A DNA stretch of 64,000 nt from Gonapodya sp. JEL0774 (lineage: Eukaryota), in assembly GCA_027604505.1 (NCBI GenBank), contig JADIIX010000127.1:1-64000 (forward strand). The letters are read 5' to 3'. The position numbers and the translations under genes are program-made. A model generated the notes under the pieces. It searched no databases, was not told the origin of the DNA, and saw nothing but the letters and a program-made list of their open reading frames with translations. Below, in pieces: positions 61,739 to 64,000 of this stretch (positions within the stretch are counted from its first letter, which is position 1; every line of letters begins with the position of its first letter).

Positions 61739-63304
61739 ATGGATTCTAGTCCATCACTTCGCGCTGACTCGCCTGCTGATTCGCCGGGAAATGCATTGGA
61801 ACCGTTTCCCTTTTCCCGCCTCCCTGGAGAACTCCATATCCGAACTTTCCAATTCGTCAAACACGATCGAACACTTCGCGCCTGTCGATTAGCCTGCAGA
61901 TCGTTTGAAGCTCTCGCTACAAGACGCGCATTCGCCAGAATTCAACCTCAAAATTCCGATCAGCTTCGACGGCTTGCATGCGTTTTTGCAGACGCAGAAG
62001 CTCGCGTTCACGATCTCGCTGTAAATGGTGAAATCGACCCGGCCGTAATCCGATTCAGGCGCATCCTTACCTCGGTTCGAGAAGTAGATCTCAGGTCCAT
62101 AAGCCCCCGGGCAATGCGCTCGAGTGACATCGTCCGACTCCTCCAAGCCATCGACCTATCGCAGCTTCATATATTTGCTTTTCCGGACCCGGTAGGGGGC
62201 GATGACCCCGTCCAACTTGTCGAACAGGTACTCGTGCTCCTGGCAAGGGGAGCGACCTACCTCACCTCACTTATGCTGCCCAACGGTGAAGTTATGCGCA
62301 GTGAGGTCTCGTGGAATTCAGTGCGGACAATCATGGAACGAAGTCTCACTGGCCGGCTTTCAATCGATTTCGAGCTTCCTGAGGGTGACCTGGACACGCG
62401 AAGAGTTGCCCCACAGACTCTTCCAAACTGGGAAAAACTAGCGTGCCTCGACGTTGCAGCTTGGAATTCCCCTGCACCTGCGACGGAGCACGGTCGAGCT
62501 TGGCGAAATCTGATACCTCGGTTCACCTCGTTGACTACCTTGGGACTTGTCGGGCGGAGTTTCGAAGGCTCTCCCACCGCCTTTGGCCCACCCGAGCTCC
62601 GACAGCTGTTCGATTGCTCACCTGGGCTTAAATCGTTGTTTTTGGAGACAGAGGGTTTGGAAGGGTGGAGCAAGGTCCTCAGAGAAAAGGGAGGTCAGCT
62701 CAAAGCATTGGGCATCAACGGACCATTGTCAGGTATTTTCAAGCTCATCACCGGTCTTCCCAACTTGACCTCCATCGGACTTTACGACGTCTTCTACGGG
62801 TCGAAAGACCTCTCTGGATTTGAGTCGGCATTGTGCCGCGGCAACCTCGAATGCCTCCACTTCAGCGACGTTCCCCCGTTCGTTTTCTCAAAACTGCACC
62901 TTGTTGTGAGAAACAACTCCCGCCTACGTAGGCTCTGGCTAAGCTCGCATGGCAGTTTTTACAGAACCGCGACGGAGGCCTTGATGAACATTCTCGAGAC
63001 GGAGCAAGCCCCTAAGCTGCAGTGCCTGCACCTCTGGAAATCTCGCGGGATGGAACGTGAATCGTTTGAGGAGGCATTGGGAAGGAACTGGGAAAAGTTT
63101 CCCAGCCTGAACTTGGTTTGGGTCCACTTCGCAGGCGAGGGGAATAAAGTTTACGAACGGGACCCCTTGTCCGGGGGAAACGAGCGCGTGCCAAACACTG
63201 CTCTGTCAAGACTACGGGGTGCAAAGAGACTATTGTGGGATAGTGTGGATATGCTAGATCCAGAGCACAGGCCCTTGATAAAGATAAGCTCCATTGATTC
63301 ATAG
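61739..63304 (+). CDS. Intronless F-box protein with RNI-like leucine-rich repeats
   Basis: FSRLPGELHIRTFQFV..TLRACRLACRSFEALA (F-box). Repeated LxxLxL motifs (CSPGLKSLFL, LPNLTSIGL, APKLQCLHL). 521-aa uninterrupted ORF. Confidence 0.8.
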   Translation: MDSSPSLRADSPADSPGNALEPFPFSRLPGELHIRTFQFVKHDRTLRACRLACRSFEALATRRAFARIQPQNSDQLRRLACVFADAEARVHDLAVNGEIDPAVIRFRRILTSVREVDLRSISPRAMRSSDIVRLLQAIDLSQLHIFAFPDPVGGDDPVQLVEQVLVLLARGATYLTSLMLPNGEVMRSEVSWNSVRTIMERSLTGRLSIDFELPEGDLDTRRVAPQTLPNWEKLACLDVAAWNSPAPATEHGRAWRNLIPRFTSLTTLGLVGRSFEGSPTAFGPPELRQLFDCSPGLKSLFLETEGLEGWSKVLREKGGQLKALGINGPLSGIFKLITGLPNLTSIGLYDVFYGSKDLSGFESALCRGNLECLHFSDVPPFVFSKLHLVVRNNSRLRRLWLSSHGSFYRTATEALMNILETEQAPKLQCLHLWKSRGMERESFEEALGRNWEKFPSLNLVWVHFAGEGNKVYERDPLSGGNERVPNTALSRLRGAKRLLWDSVDMLDPEHRPLIKISSIDS

Positions 63305-64000
63305 GACGACAAGGGAGAGCGCTATTATCTTCAATAGAAAAGTGCATTGTATTATAGTGGTTAGCCGGTATCAATCCTTGAATACATCATTGAGTAACTC
63401 GGAAACGGTGTGTTGGCCACCGCACCTAATTGTGCATTTACAGTGACAGCAATAAAACCCGAAATAGCTTGTGAAATAATATACCAGATTAGCGACGAAT
63501 TTCGCCATATTCAACACCTGTCCTTGACACTGTGACCGGTTTGTTGACTTTACCTCACCCACTCCAGCACCACCTCGGACTTTGCTACAAACCAACAAAC
63601 AGTTGTATGCGTAAGAGCGGCTGCTGAAAACTTGCTCTCACCATCACCCACCTTGGAAGCATCTTCCCCACCTCACCACTTCCTCGACCTTGACGCCCTC
63701 TCCCACCCGCAACGCCTCGCCCCCCGTCCCACGCCCGCTTTTGCGATCGTTGTATCGAAATCAGGAGCATCCTCCCACAGCACGATCCTGCGTACTCCAG
63801 AGGGCGTCAGTTGTCCACGGACGAGGGATGAGACAACCCGGCTGCACCAGCTCTCGGCGCGGCGGTGGGCTGCCGTGGTTCCATAGGCAGCGTAGCTATC
63901 CGTTGCGACGGCATATTTTCCAGACCTGCGCACAAATCCGTGAAGGGCCAGGACCTCGAGGGTTGGGTGAGGGTTTATGTACAGGTGGGGCAGACCGTGA

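Overview
Eukaryotic, intron-rich fungal genomic DNA (about 50% GC, many short GT-AG introns). The gene style suggests an early-diverging, chytrid-like fungus; that is an inference. The ORF track therefore shows exon fragments, so I assembled spliced genes by hand. Bases 1-10.9 kb are mostly decayed transposon DNA (an LTR end nested in a hAT remnant, a foldback MITE, copia-like and hAT-like fragments), with one intact-looking gene encoding a TM-Cache-like-TM-HAMP sensor with no output domain. Bases 11-64 kb are gene-dense: a UPF0658-like membrane protein, two paralogous hotdog thioesterases, glutathione synthetase, a coiled-coil protein, mitochondrial EF-G2, a head-to-head pair of bacterial-type D-2-hydroxyacid dehydrogenases, Cgr1, a bacterial-type aldo-keto reductase, a membrane spermidine-synthase-like protein, a hidden 68-aa YABBY/HMG-box gene built from micro-exons, GSK3, propionyl-CoA synthetase, carnitine acetyltransferase, an LRR-TM-SH3 receptor-like protein, the HPt protein Ypd1, ETF-QO, an AT-hook/SWIRM protein and an intronless F-box/LRR protein. 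The most interesting candidates are the two non-catalytic surface receptors, the micro-exon YABBY gene, a highly structured intron and three enzymes ending in PTS1-like -x-K-I. No rRNA, tRNA or CRISPR array was seen. Family assignments come from motif recognition, not database searches.
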